Virus record (IMG/VR): IMGVR_UViG_3300044691_000368
Span: 1 to 59,491 of that record
Source: a virus
Lineage: Duplodnaviria; Caudoviricetes
Direction: 5' to 3' (one strand)
DNA length: 59,491 bases
Positions 19,201-28,463 of this stretch are shown here, one piece after another (position 1 is the first letter of the stretch; each line of letters begins with the position of its first letter). The position numbers and the translations under genes were made by a program. The notes under the pieces were generated by a model. The model saw only the letters and a program-made list of their open reading frames with translations, made no database searches and was not told the DNA's origin.

Positions 19201-19478
19201 TACTTGTTGGCATCGTCGTGTTCGCTGATGTGAACAAGGATTCCGCCGACTTTTTGACGGCCGTATACGACGTTCCACGGCGCGACAGGATTGCGCGACA
19301 TAGTGGCTGTGCCGGTAAGGGGCCCCTGCGCGAGCAGGGTTCCGATGCCAGAGAGCGTCATACCGATGCCAGCTACGATGAGGTAGGTGCTGAGCGGATT
19401 GCCGGGGGCGATAAACTCAAGGGCTATGCCCACGATAAGCTCTGTGATGCCAAGAATGAGGGGGATGACTTTAGACAT
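16236..19478 (-). CDS. Tail tip / host-specificity protein (lambda gpJ-like hub)
   Basis: PWNVVYGRQKVGG, ISGKNDIYDPR, YTENSALCIADYL, AANICDEAV, YNGVKGTFVSPANNWQ, DIQLPFT. Confidence 0.85.
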   Translation of the reverse strand: MSKVIPLILGITELIVGIALEFIAPGNPLSTYLIVAGIGMTLSGIGTLLAQGPLTGTATMSRNPVAPWNVVYGRQKVGGILVHISEHDDANKYLDLVAVLNCHTSKSVDALLFDGQRVRLDSNGCSFEPTQQTINFVSVTRVNDVVTAVSASAITDLQTGDSLIIQNVSDHTFNGRYAVTLVNPDTFTYICGGAATTVSSSGQAVTVWPNYKAKIHMEVLLGDHTETFPGMINGTPYDGDPGNLVTYPNNPWTAQHKLLGKTSAFLRLHYNDEIFANGLPTIAFRISGKNDIYDPRASAVSNILQRPTTLLNGWGNNAHVGAYELGVDQGFNFGLNNDVTDGYVNPDFAIDARLTTCAVAVYRATHTYAGCVWQFAALPASPVPGTLYLNIFSAVDPFRFTGRSAGIWYSLDNGTTWTQIYNSPDHPKGWDSITLSPTTDTSQLQVMAFTDAHDDMGHYVYDIQLSTGPGTSNADGTGYTENSALCIADYLAHPVFGFNAAYGTEIPLDKLISAANICDEAVPTAAGGTVPRYDCNGGFPLTVKRGEVLQNLLTSCGGRLTYTQGQFVIWPAAWASGNFIPSPPFPPPAGQSMVWAFATSAPKPPSFSNSPSIFNAGLGCTGGAFMGLTFGAIQMLNGDSLGTNTVTVGWFNFAVPTLPIGATITGIYPVVIVSNLKAGGFMDIASSSLGSLGIAAGAHVGGSIGTSLTGQSISATVENSVPGRAILNLGISFVGMAVYFDMPVGGSKIVPFGDTPETLAIASGPFRWRQKVSIRDLYNGVKGTFVSPANNWQSSDIPPYAQDVDHGYTGPSSPMIPFGDVNLFADGGDRRWLDIQLPFTIQVATAQRLCKIELMRRRQQGTGTFSYNMAMYKTTALDVVQMTLPLLGWVNKYLEIAAHRFTINKQQVDGNEVTLLGTEIDVQETDPSIYDWSATEELTAQGFQQPTIPGSIDGGGSTLVNNTNYANTPAISLSQPDATHIALAAVTTVFTSRTVTYNARSIAITDPGGSPTWYYVTIQDPDYLGDQSPQLAVFAETTTAKVGIAGYTYMGAIQVTHAAGASANPLPGGWPAPQGFEVGT

Positions 19479-19481
19479 AGA

Positions 19482-19910
19482 TCAAACCCGCCATGCTCGT
19501 ACTGCGAGATTTAGAGAAATGCGGGAGAGACCACGAGCTCGACATGCGATAATCTCGCTCCAATTCAGCGCGATCAGACCAAGGGAATAGTCATTTGGCC
19601 GTTCGATAAGAACGAGGTCGCCATATTGAGCGCGGCGCACCGGAATTTCTGGCATCTGAAATTTAGCTGTAATGCTTGCAGCGATGGCCTGTACCGACGC
19701 GGTGCCGATAGCGGCCTTTATCAAAGCGTAGGCTTCCTTCCGCGACCGATACTTGCCGCGAAAGTCCGATGCTGGATCGATGCCGGTCATCTCACGTATC
19801 GCATCGCAGACGAACAGACAGCAGTCCCACGAACCGTAAACAAAGCGGTCTTGCGCATGGGCGTGAAGGAAGGAGTCCATGCGAGCCTGCCAATCGGGTA
19901 AGCGTGTCAT
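19482..19910 (-). CDS. Tail tip assembly protein, NlpC/P60-like
   Basis: MTRLPDWQARM...FVYGSWDCCLFVCDAIREMTGIDP...AQYGDLV...AWRV. Confidence 0.8.
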   Translation of the reverse strand: MTRLPDWQARMDSFLHAHAQDRFVYGSWDCCLFVCDAIREMTGIDPASDFRGKYRSRKEAYALIKAAIGTASVQAIAASITAKFQMPEIPVRRAQYGDLVLIERPNDYSLGLIALNWSEIIACRARGLSRISLNLAVRAWRV

Positions 19911-20488
19911 TGATTGTTGATATTGGAAGGCGTGCGCCCCCAGTAGATCGTCACGTCCTGAATGCTTGACACGAACTCCATGCCGCGGTCGCCGGGATAG
20001 TCGAGTTGCTGGTCTTCGTTGGTGTAGCGCCGGTCCACTGCGACGTTCATCTCCACCAGCCGGTTTTCGCAGTTGATGGAGATGGTGCAAGTCTGCCCGT
20101 CGACGTCGATGGTGGGCTGGTCCATGCGCCCTGCCCATGAGATAACCGGGTCGTCGATCAGCGTAAGAGTTGCATCGAACAGGCCCAGTCGCACTAGCAC
20201 GGGAAGGCCGACCTGAAACTCTGTCAATATATCTGCCAACAGGGTGGAGTCGATGCCGCTCATGGTCAGCGTGATGCCCTTGGCGTCAATGGTTGCGCCT
20301 TCTTCAATAGTCGAGATGGAGCCGAGCGTGCCAACACCAAGCCACGTGTGACCGCCCCATGTAATCGAGCCGCGCCCGGTCCATACGTAGATCGGCCCGT
20401 TCACGAAATGAGCCTCGACGAAGAAGGCCGGCCGGAGATTGGTTGATTGAATCGCCGCAAGTTGCCCTGCGGTAATGGCGCGCGGCAT
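19907..20488 (-). CDS. Minor tail protein
   Basis: WTGRGSITWGGHTWLGVGTLGSI and RRYTNEDQQLDYPGDRGMEFV; synteny. Confidence 0.8.
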   Translation of the reverse strand: MPRAITAGQLAAIQSTNLRPAFFVEAHFVNGPIYVWTGRGSITWGGHTWLGVGTLGSISTIEEGATIDAKGITLTMSGIDSTLLADILTEFQVGLPVLVRLGLFDATLTLIDDPVISWAGRMDQPTIDVDGQTCTISINCENRLVEMNVAVDRRYTNEDQQLDYPGDRGMEFVSSIQDVTIYWGRTPSNINNQ

Positions 20489-21112
20489 CTAGAGAGCCTC
20501 GCGAATATCGAATTGAATGCCGTAGACCCGCGCGGTCGTCTCGGACCACTTCCGCGCATTGCTCTTCAGCCGCCACAGGCCTTTGGTGTTGTTCAAGATC
20601 AGCGCATCGCCATCGGCGGGCGACTCGCGAAGACTTGGCCAGATATTGATCGCTGCGTTGCCGCTTCCGTCTGCATCAACATCGGAGATGGTGACGCTGT
20701 AGAGGCGATAACCGATTTGTAGGTAGTCATCCAGCAGGAGCACGCCGCTTGCTCCCGGCGTCAACCCTCTGACGTTGAGCGTGAATCCCTTCTGACCAGC
20801 CCCGTTGACTACTGGAGTACCCGCACCACTTCCCCGTGGCGCCACCGCCAACGGCTCGCCAAGCTGGAAGACGTTGACCTGCCCACGCAGCCCCTTGAGG
20901 AAGGCTACCCATGCCCTCGCGGACGCAGGCGGCAGCGGCGGCATCGAGACCGATGCTTCGAGCCATCCCTGCTGCCAATCCTGTATCTGCTGTTGGCCCG
21001 TAAACGGCGATATGCTCACTGCTGCAATATCTGTCGCAGTGAACTCAATCGTTGCCGGTGCCGAGGGCGTAGTCGGCATCGAGATAATGTTCCAACCGTT
21101 GAATGTGGGCAT
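20489..21112 (-). CDS. Distal tail protein
   Basis: Directly after the tape measure; SPFTGQQQ, WVAFLKGLRGQ, IWPSLRESP. Confidence 0.75.
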   Translation of the reverse strand: MPTFNGWNIISMPTTPSAPATIEFTATDIAAVSISPFTGQQQIQDWQQGWLEASVSMPPLPPASARAWVAFLKGLRGQVNVFQLGEPLAVAPRGSGAGTPVVNGAGQKGFTLNVRGLTPGASGVLLLDDYLQIGYRLYSVTISDVDADGSGNAAINIWPSLRESPADGDALILNNTKGLWRLKSNARKWSETTARVYGIQFDIREAL

Positions 21113-21115
21113 GGG

Positions 21116-24100
21116 TTACCGTTGCGGCGTGCGCTTGACGCGCTCCGCGCTGACCTGCACGGCGTTGCTGATCGCCGAATTGTGCGCAGCCATGATTGCA
21201 GTCCGGGTCCGCTGTTCGGTCAACACTGGATCAGTGCCGCGTGCGTCGATGGTGTAATAGAGATTCGGTCCAGTTGAGCCCTGACCGCGCCGTGCGGCCG
21301 TGGTGCCCGCAATCTGGCCTGATGCCGTGGCCATGCTCGATGTGGTCTCGCCCATCGTGTAAGCGGTGCTCGGTGCAGTTACGGTGCCACCATTGGCATA
21401 TCCAACGAACCCGCCCGCCGCAAAGCCTGGCGTTTTGTGGACGTTGCCGCCCTTATTGATGTGCTGCAGAAGCCCCTTGTATTTAGCCGCCGGAGTAGCC
21501 CGCACAACGAACTCTCCATTGGAGAGCCTTGCCGGAATGCTGTCGCTCGTTCCGGTGCCTGGGCCGGAGATGGGGCCGCCATCGGCATGGGGGATGAGAC
21601 CGCTAAAACTGCTGACCATGCTTCCGAGAAACGTAAAGGTCTTACTGGCAGTACTGTTCTTGTTACTGCCACTGAAGAGGTTGACGAGGCTGCCGATCAT
21701 TCCTGTTATTGCAGAGAGTCCAGCGCCCCCGCTGCCGCCACCATTTCCGGTCTGGTCCGTGCTGCCACCGTCACCGAGAGCGTCAACGCCCACGCCGCCG
21801 CTACCACCGCTTCCTCCGCCAGCCATCTGCACAAAGAGCGGACTACCCTTCGAGCCGTCCGGCTTACCCTTATTGCCACCACCGAAGATGCCGCCAATCA
21901 TCGATAGCAAGCCGCCGCCAATACCAGCAACTGCACCACCAACGCCCCCGCCACCGCCTTCGCTGTCGTTTTGATCTGGTCCGATGCCCGTAATGGCATC
22001 ACCGAGACCACCACCAAGAGCGCCGCCGCCCTCGCCGTCGCCGGGCGACCAGCCGCCAAGAAGATCGGTAGGATCGTTGCTGTACTGGGTTGGTAATAGA
22101 CCGCCCAGTCGTCGTCCGTAGTTGTTCGTATTCTCACCGACGAAGCCCTCGGGCATCGGAAGAATACGGCGACCGCTGGTATCGCCGCCCTCACCATCGC
22201 CGGGGGCATCGCCTAGAATATCGACACCGAGCGCGCCAACACCCAACCCGGCAATATTGGGGATACCGGGGATGCCGTGGCTGCCACCGAGACCAAGAGC
22301 GTCGCCACCGCCGCCGAGAGAGGTAACGCCGGTGCCCATGACGCCGGTGCCGACGCCAAGAGCGCTGCCACCCACGCCACCCAAACCGCCCTTGCCGCCG
22401 ATACCGCCCGCTCCGCCGAAGTTCGGAAGTGTTGATCCGCTCGCAGAGGCCATGCGCACCCAGAGCGCCCTCGAAGCGTCAGAGCCATCGGGCTTGCCCG
22501 CGATTGCTTTATTGAGATTTCCGAGAGGGCCGGAGAGGGAAGGGAAAGTCTTGCCGAGCGCGCCGAGGCCCTTTTGCATGGCGCTCTGGATGGACTGGTT
22601 GACCATCTGCCTGCCGATGTCCTGAAACATCTGCGCGAAGCTCGTCTTGCCGCCTGTGACCAACTGGGTGAGGTTTTCAGAGAGCTTCGTGAACGCTGAG
22701 TGCAGCGCGTCGTAGATGGCCTGCGCGGCCGTGATGGCCGACTTCTGCATGTCGAAGAAGAACGCCTTCACCCCGTTCGCCGCGTTGTTCTCGGAGAGTA
22801 GGCCCTTCACCGTGGCATCGATGAGGCGATTGAAGTTCTCCTGATGCGCCATCGCGATCTGGAGAGTTTGGCCATACGTGAGCATGTTCCCCTGGAACAG
22901 ATACAGCGCCTTTTCCGCATCGCTGATTGATTTCTCTTGGTCCTGATACTCCTTGGCGGGATCGTATTTGCGGGCGTTCTCAAGGTCTTTCATCTGCTTG
23001 TTCGCTTCAAACAGATCAGTAATGGCTTGCTTCTGCTTCAGCAAGCTGTCTCGCAACTCTCCCGCCGCCGCCGTGTCGATCTGGAGCTGGAGCGCATACA
23101 GTTGGGCCTTGAGTGCCGCTTCATCCTGCGCGTCGGCGGAGTCGAGTATCGCAGCGTTGACGATCCTGCGCATCGCAAGTTCATTTTGCAGATTGATGAT
23201 GTTGCCGTGAATGGCTTGGCTTTCCTTCGCCACCGCCTCCGCGTAGATTTCCTGCGAGCGCGCGAGAATCTCCGTCAGACTGCCACCCTTCGCCCTCAGT
23301 TCGTTCCATGCCTGAGTGACTGCCGCCTGACGCATGACCGCATCGGAGCCTTTGTCCATCGCTTGGACCATGAGGCCAGACTGGGCGATGCTCAAGGCCG
23401 AGGCGCGCGAGGTGGTGCCGAGCAGGTTGAGAAGCGTAGTCTTCGCTTCGATGTCCGATATCTGCGCGTTCTTTTCCCGGATGATCGCTTGCGTTGCTCC
23501 ATCCACCAGCGAGGCGTAGTCCTTGGTCCTTGCGCCGGTCTGCTTGGCAATCTCTTCCCCGAGCTTCATGATTTCGTTACTGGCTTTGTTGGCGGCCGCT
23601 ACCTTGCGTTGCGCCTCCTCCTCGAGGCCGGCTGCGGCAAGCGTCTGCTTGGATTCGTCCAACTTCTCTTGAAGGTTCGCGAGCAGCTTGCCAACCGGGC
23701 TTTCCTTCTCTTTGCCCAAGCCGGAGGTGTCGGGAGGAGGCTTCTCGTCGCCTTTCTTTTCAGAGGGTGGCGTGATGTCCGTGGCGGACAGTTTCAGGAA
23801 GCGGGAGGTCTCACGCTGGCCCTTCGCCTCATTCAGCGCCTTGATTGCTATTTCGGGCGTCAAATGACCGGCAAGCCTGCTATTCGCGTCCTTCAGTCTT
23901 TCGATGGCCTTCTCAACGAACTTTCCAACGTAGCCCTCGAGCCTCTCATTCGCCCCCGAGAGGTCGTCGCCGAGGAACTTCCCGATAGGGTTCTCGGATA
24001 GCCACTTCGTGAGTCCGCCCCAGATCGACTTGAGGTCCGTGGCCAGCGTGCTGAAGTGGTCCTTGATCCAAGTCAGTCCCCAACCCATCCCAATCCATGC

Positions 24101-25387
24101 AGCGTTCCAGGTGTCGCGCAACTTGTAGGTTGTGCCGCCGAGGCTGAAGGTGGCATCCCGAAACTTGTAGATGGCGACACCGAGGCCGACGATTGCGGCG
24201 ATAGCCCCGACAACGGCTCCCGTGATAGCGACTGCCGGAGCACTAACCACCGCCAACGCTCCATCGAGAACGTAGGTCGCCGCCGCCGCGACGCCTTCCG
24301 CGCTTGCCAGCGCCAGGACTTTGGTGGTTGCGGCAGCAATCCAAGCGCCGAATTTCATCAGTTGCGGGACCACCTTGCCGAGACCGGCGAATCCGAGCAG
24401 CATCTTCGTTATGCCCTCGCCCAGCTTGTTGATACCGCCGCCTGCGAGGTCACCGATGATAGGAATGGCAATCTTTGCGACCTGTATCCCAGCTAGCGCC
24501 ACCAGCGCAGCCTTGAGTAATCCGACATGCGTCGTCGCGAAGTCAAAGGCGCGCACCATGCCATTGATCGCCACGGTAACCTTCGCCCCGAATGCCTCGG
24601 CCAGCTTCGCGATGTCGAAGCGCGAACCCAACTCCTGCAGTCGTTCGCTGAGCGCGGTCAGTGCAGGCAGCACGGCGACAGTGAGTTGCATCCCGAAGCC
24701 CTCTTGCGCTGCGTGAAGCTTCACCAGCACCTCGTGATAGGCGCGCACCTTGGCGGGAACATCGTTGCCGATCACCAGGCCGTATTTCTTGGCCTCTTCT
24801 GTTATCTCCGCCTGATGCTTGCCGAGGTCATTCAACAGCGGAATCAGTTGCGCCCCAGCCTTGCCGAACAGCGCCATTGCCAGCGCCGGTTTCCCCGCAG
24901 CGGTTCCCATCTGCGAGAACTTCACAGCAACGTCGTTCAACATATCCGACGAGTCGCGTAGATGGCCGGTCGAGTCCTTAGTGGCAACGCCGAGCTTATC
25001 GAAGATTCGCCCCAACTGCGCGTTGCCGTTCTGCGCCTTGAACGCGCTTTGGCTGAGCTTTTCCAGGCCCTTCGCCAAGTCCTCCATCGGGGTATGGTTC
25101 AGCTTGGCGGCATAGGCGAGGACCGAGAACTTCTCCGCCGTGGTTCCTGCCGACTGCGCCAGGCGCGACATCGAGCCAATCGTTGCGACGCTCGATTCGA
25201 TCAAGGCTGCCGTGCCAGTGACAAGAGCGGCTCCCATCGCAATCCCGGCAGCGCCGATCCTCTCCAGTGACCGCTTGATGTCGTTAGCCGACTTCGCAGA
25301 CAGCGCACTCATCTTGTCCATTGACTGCGAGAAGGAGGCAGTATTTGCGCGGAGGTCGATGAGAAGGGTCCCAACTACGACTGACAT
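21116..25387 (-). CDS. Tail tape measure protein
   Basis: 1423 aa, Ala-rich helical; VGTLLIDLRANTASF N-terminus; ALFGKAGAQLIPLL; ADGGPISGPGTGTSDSIPARLSNGEFVV. Confidence 0.95.
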   Translation of the reverse strand: MSVVVGTLLIDLRANTASFSQSMDKMSALSAKSANDIKRSLERIGAAGIAMGAALVTGTAALIESSVATIGSMSRLAQSAGTTAEKFSVLAYAAKLNHTPMEDLAKGLEKLSQSAFKAQNGNAQLGRIFDKLGVATKDSTGHLRDSSDMLNDVAVKFSQMGTAAGKPALAMALFGKAGAQLIPLLNDLGKHQAEITEEAKKYGLVIGNDVPAKVRAYHEVLVKLHAAQEGFGMQLTVAVLPALTALSERLQELGSRFDIAKLAEAFGAKVTVAINGMVRAFDFATTHVGLLKAALVALAGIQVAKIAIPIIGDLAGGGINKLGEGITKMLLGFAGLGKVVPQLMKFGAWIAAATTKVLALASAEGVAAAATYVLDGALAVVSAPAVAITGAVVGAIAAIVGLGVAIYKFRDATFSLGGTTYKLRDTWNAAWIGMGWGLTWIKDHFSTLATDLKSIWGGLTKWLSENPIGKFLGDDLSGANERLEGYVGKFVEKAIERLKDANSRLAGHLTPEIAIKALNEAKGQRETSRFLKLSATDITPPSEKKGDEKPPPDTSGLGKEKESPVGKLLANLQEKLDESKQTLAAAGLEEEAQRKVAAANKASNEIMKLGEEIAKQTGARTKDYASLVDGATQAIIREKNAQISDIEAKTTLLNLLGTTSRASALSIAQSGLMVQAMDKGSDAVMRQAAVTQAWNELRAKGGSLTEILARSQEIYAEAVAKESQAIHGNIINLQNELAMRRIVNAAILDSADAQDEAALKAQLYALQLQIDTAAAGELRDSLLKQKQAITDLFEANKQMKDLENARKYDPAKEYQDQEKSISDAEKALYLFQGNMLTYGQTLQIAMAHQENFNRLIDATVKGLLSENNAANGVKAFFFDMQKSAITAAQAIYDALHSAFTKLSENLTQLVTGGKTSFAQMFQDIGRQMVNQSIQSAMQKGLGALGKTFPSLSGPLGNLNKAIAGKPDGSDASRALWVRMASASGSTLPNFGGAGGIGGKGGLGGVGGSALGVGTGVMGTGVTSLGGGGDALGLGGSHGIPGIPNIAGLGVGALGVDILGDAPGDGEGGDTSGRRILPMPEGFVGENTNNYGRRLGGLLPTQYSNDPTDLLGGWSPGDGEGGGALGGGLGDAITGIGPDQNDSEGGGGGVGGAVAGIGGGLLSMIGGIFGGGNKGKPDGSKGSPLFVQMAGGGSGGSGGVGVDALGDGGSTDQTGNGGGSGGAGLSAITGMIGSLVNLFSGSNKNSTASKTFTFLGSMVSSFSGLIPHADGGPISGPGTGTSDSIPARLSNGEFVVRATPAAKYKGLLQHINKGGNVHKTPGFAAGGFVGYANGGTVTAPSTAYTMGETTSSMATASGQIAGTTAARRGQGSTGPNLYYTIDARGTDPVLTEQRTRTAIMAAHNSAISNAVQVSAERVKRTPQR

Positions 25388-25686
25388 ACGGTTCCTCCAG
25401 TCTTTGGAAAGCTTGCGAACGCGGCCATGATGTCTTCGCCGGTGAGTGGTTTTAGGGGTTGAGGTGGGAAGGGATGCAGCATGAAGGTTTCGGGACTCAG
25501 CGGTTTATCTGGTGCACAGAAAGAGAAGTTGGCCGTGGTCGCAGAGATGATGCCGACTAGCAATTCTTCCCGTTGCATCCGTTCAATCTGGCGCTTACGC
25601 AACGCGTGCAACATGCGCGGCGTGTACTCCAGCCACTCCTCATCTGAGAGCTTGAGTTCTTCGCGTGCGATGGACCACGCTTCCAT
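25375..25686 (-). CDS. Tail assembly chaperone, T part (reached by -1 frameshift)
   Basis: Lies between the G chaperone and the tape measure; the -1 frame from GGGCCCT is open into MEAWS... Confidence 0.8.
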   Translation of the reverse strand: MEAWSIAREELKLSDEEWLEYTPRMLHALRKRQIERMQREELLVGIISATTANFSFCAPDKPLSPETFMLHPFPPQPLKPLTGEDIMAAFASFPKTGGTVCQS

Positions 25687-25703
25687 CCAGGTGAGAGGCG
25701 GCC

Positions 25704-26057
25704 TTACTCGACCGCCTCGGTAGGGCCCTCACCTTCATCCTCCTCTTCAGGCATGGATGCAGCCCACGCGTTGAGTAGGCCCTCCTGAACCATGACAAGA
25801 TTCTGTGGACCGATGAGCTTGCCAACTTGCTCTAGCGTATAGGGAGCACCGGCACGCTGGAGGCATAGGAAGAGCAAGGCGCGGACCAGTTTCGCTGACG
25901 GGCGGAGCAGGTTCGCTTCGCCCGTCAGCATATTCAAACCGGTCAACTCCTCGCATTCGATCAAGACGTTGTGATCGACAAGGAGTGGCCACTTCTTCCC
26001 TTTGAGTTTTACTTCAACTTTTTGAATCAGTTTGTCAGCAATCTTGCGTGGTGCCAT
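25704..26057 (-). CDS. Tail assembly chaperone G
   Basis: Follows the major tail gene; acidic C-terminus EEEDEGEGPT. Confidence 0.8.
   Translation of the reverse strand: MAPRKIADKLIQKVEVKLKGKKWPLLVDHNVLIECEELTGLNMLTGEANLLRPSAKLVRALLFLCLQRAGAPYTLEQVGKLIGPQNLVMVQEGLLNAWAASMPEEEDEGEGPTEAVE
25722..25728 (-). promoter_or_regulatory. -1 ribosomal slippery heptamer G GGC CCT
   Basis: X XXY YYZ pattern in the correct phase, followed by the stem GAGGCGGTC-GAGTAA-GGCCGCCTC. Confidence 0.75.
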
Positions 26058-26115
26058 GAATACCTTCTTTTTTGGATTTGCTTGAATCGGAGGGAGGCTG
26101 GGGAGGGATGCTCGG

Positions 26116-26559
26116 TTATACGACGGTTTCGGTGATGTCGCCGGCGATCTCGATCGTCATCGCGAAGGAGATCAGCGCGCTGGGTTCGAATGGCCCGTTG
26201 TCATACTTGGAGATGAAGCCGCTGCCGGTCTGCGTGTAGACCTGTGTTCCGTTGTTGCAGGGCGCCGTGATTTTGTAGGGGAATACGGTGCGGAGTTTGG
26301 CCAGCGAGAGGATGTTGAGCTGCGTGGCATCGCCGATGAAGTTTCCGCCAACATCAACCGTTCCCGGCAGGATCAGCCCAGGGATCTTCTCCTCGGTAGC
26401 ATTCGGGCTTTGCAGGTGGGTAGCGTTGACGACCGGAACGGTCATGATGTTGGGCTTGACGGTCTTCACTTCAAGCATCGCGGTGTAGGTGGTCGGGCTG
26501 GACGAATCGCCAACCGAGAATGTCGCGAGATAGCCAATAGTTGCTTTCGTTTTTGCCAT
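26116..26559 (-). CDS. Major tail tube protein
   Basis: VNATHLQSPNATEEKIPGLILPG; 147 aa; synteny. Confidence 0.85.
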   Translation of the reverse strand: MAKTKATIGYLATFSVGDSSSPTTYTAMLEVKTVKPNIMTVPVVNATHLQSPNATEEKIPGLILPGTVDVGGNFIGDATQLNILSLAKLRTVFPYKITAPCNNGTQVYTQTGSGFISKYDNGPFEPSALISFAMTIEIAGDITETVV

Positions 26560-26603
26560 GGGAATGCTCCTTCAGAAAGATGCGTTGGTGGGATGGGGTA
26601 TTA

Positions 26604-26996
26604 CTAGTTGAACCAGATTTTGTAGTCGAGCATCCTTCGAAACGTGCGGCTATCTGGATCGAAGAAATCCATCATGTTGCCGCGAAAACAACCTTGGACG
26701 AACGTGGCGTCGGGGTCCGTCAACGTGCCCCGGAAGCCACTCAGCAGTGCGTCGATGGCGTTAGCCAGCCGGATCACATCGGCGGCATTGGCTCCGTAGC
26801 AATCGATCTGCACACGGCGCTCCCCAACGGTCTCCGGTTGGCTGAGAACATAGCCAGCAACGTCAGAGATGGTCTGATAGGTCCACGACGGCAGAGTGTA
26901 GTCTTTCGGCAGTTGCGCGAAGAATCCACCTGTCGGCGCAATCGCCCGCACTCCCGCATTGCCCTGCACCAGCAGTACGACTCCGAGTTCGATCAC
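26604..26996 (-). CDS. Tail completion/terminator protein (DUF3168-like)
   Basis: LPSWTYQTIS, RVQIDCYG, LLSGFRG. Confidence 0.8.
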   Translation of the reverse strand: MIELGVVLLVQGNAGVRAIAPTGGFFAQLPKDYTLPSWTYQTISDVAGYVLSQPETVGERRVQIDCYGANAADVIRLANAIDALLSGFRGTLTDPDATFVQGCFRGNMMDFFDPDSRTFRRMLDYKIWFN

Positions 26997-27421
26997 TTGG
27001 CACCATCGACTGCGGCGCGGAGAACGCCTGCAAACGCATCCACCGCTTGGCCGGTCGTCTCATCGAAGGCCGGTCGGAGATATGCTTGAGCCGGGCCGTG
27101 AATAGATCCGAACTCCACCATCAGGCCCCATGCCCCAGGAGTTTGATTCGACTCGCCCTTGACTCGCCGCGGACCGACGCGCGCGCGCACGCCGCGTTTG
27201 CTGAGCGCAACGGTGCCTCCGATGGAGTCGCGTAGGTCGCCGGGCCGGCGGCCTTTGTGTGGCTTCTTCAGCAGCGGCGCCAGCGCCTTTGCGGCTCTGA
27301 TCTGCGGCGCGATGGCGGCCCTGGCTGCATCCCTAAAAGACTTCTTGACCAGTTTGGGCGCAAACTGGGCGAGCGCGTCCTCGATGCCCTTCAAGCCTTC
27401 GACTTTGACGGTTGTGTTCAT
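26993..27421 (-). CDS. HK97 gp10-like neck/tail component
   Basis: VKVEGLKGI, GDLRDSI, VEFGSIHGPAQAYLRPAFD. Confidence 0.85.
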   Translation of the reverse strand: MNTTVKVEGLKGIEDALAQFAPKLVKKSFRDAARAAIAPQIRAAKALAPLLKKPHKGRRPGDLRDSIGGTVALSKRGVRARVGPRRVKGESNQTPGAWGLMVEFGSIHGPAQAYLRPAFDETTGQAVDAFAGVLRAAVDGAK

Positions 27422-27759
27422 TGGTTCAGCCCCAGTGCAAGGCAGTTCAAGACGAGAATGACGTTGCGCTCGCCAGGATTCTCGACGGTCTGGATGATGT
27501 ACAGGCCGTTGAGCGACTGAAGTTGCATGCTCGAAAGGATGCCAGTCTGCCAGCGAATCTTTACCGTAAAAAATAGTTGCGCCGTATCCTGCCCTGACCT
27601 CAGCACCTCTAAGCTCCGCACCGGATCGATCTGCGCCCACGTGTCGACGAACGGCACCCATGCGGTGGCAGTGCCGGAGACGTCCGTTACCGTCGCCTGC
27701 TGCAATATCCTCACCCGGTGGATCATCTTGCCGGGGTCGAGCTGCGGCCATGAGGACAT
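27418..27759 (-). CDS. Head closure / head-tail joining protein
   Basis: PGKMIHRVRILQ, WAQIDP, VKIRW; synteny. Confidence 0.85.
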   Translation of the reverse strand: MSSWPQLDPGKMIHRVRILQQATVTDVSGTATAWVPFVDTWAQIDPVRSLEVLRSGQDTAQLFFTVKIRWQTGILSSMQLQSLNGLYIIQTVENPGERNVILVLNCLALGLNQ

Positions 27760-28463
27760 TACCGCGCCCTCGTCAGCGCGCCGTAGGTGAGGCAGGACGT
27801 CACAGTGTAGGGGTATTCCTGCGCCGGTCCCGCACCCTTTTCAAACGGCAACCGGTTGTTGTACCAGGCCGAGATGAGCAGCAGCATTCCATTCTTGATG
27901 CGCGCTCCCGGGCCGTTCCAGAATGGATCAGTGTTCGAATAGCCGCTGGTGAAGCGCAACAGGATCGATGACGATGGCCATGGTGTGAAGATTGGCCAGG
28001 TTTCGTTGTAGGGCGGCGCGACGATGGCCGGCTGCTTCGCGACGTCCACGATGTAATCAGTATTCTCCACCATCGTTGTGAGCGCGCCGTTCGAGTCTTT
28101 GTATCGCAGGAGATCGACAGAGATCGTGGGCGTGCGCATCTCCAGCCGATAGAGCGGCCAGTAATCCATGCTCAGGTCCCATTGCTTGCGGACGAGATCG
28201 CGATTCTGCAAAATCTCCGCCTGCTCCCGCGCGCCCGAGATGTACATTTCGATCTGCATGTCTTCGAAGGAGTCTGCCGGTGAGCGCGCCGGTATTTTCA
28301 GATAGTCTTTGACGAGGTTGACGTCCAACGGTTCGACGAAGGATTGCTGCGGCGAAGCGTCGGTGAGATTGAGGCTGCCGTAGGCGACAAGCGCGCCGTA
28401 CAATCCGAGATTGCCGTAAGTTCCGTAGGGGCCCACCCCGCCAAATGGAAACCAGCTGCTCAT
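27759..28463 (-). CDS. Head-tail connector (gp6-like)
   Basis: EPLDVNLVKDYLKI, ISGAREQAE, MLLLISAWYNNR. Confidence 0.85.
   Translation of the reverse strand: MSSWFPFGGVGPYGTYGNLGLYGALVAYGSLNLTDASPQQSFVEPLDVNLVKDYLKIPARSPADSFEDMQIEMYISGAREQAEILQNRDLVRKQWDLSMDYWPLYRLEMRTPTISVDLLRYKDSNGALTTMVENTDYIVDVAKQPAIVAPPYNETWPIFTPWPSSSILLRFTSGYSNTDPFWNGPGARIKNGMLLLISAWYNNRLPFEKGAGPAQEYPYTVTSCLTYGALTRAR

Noticed and set aside
12301-19478. Diversity-generating retroelement acting on tail genes
   Set aside because: No reverse transcriptase ORF and no template/variable repeat pair noticed by eye.
22937-24001. 354-aa plus-strand ORF and similar long antisense ORFs over structural genes
   Set aside because: Shadow ORFs expected from GC-rich codon usage; no motifs or RBS support.
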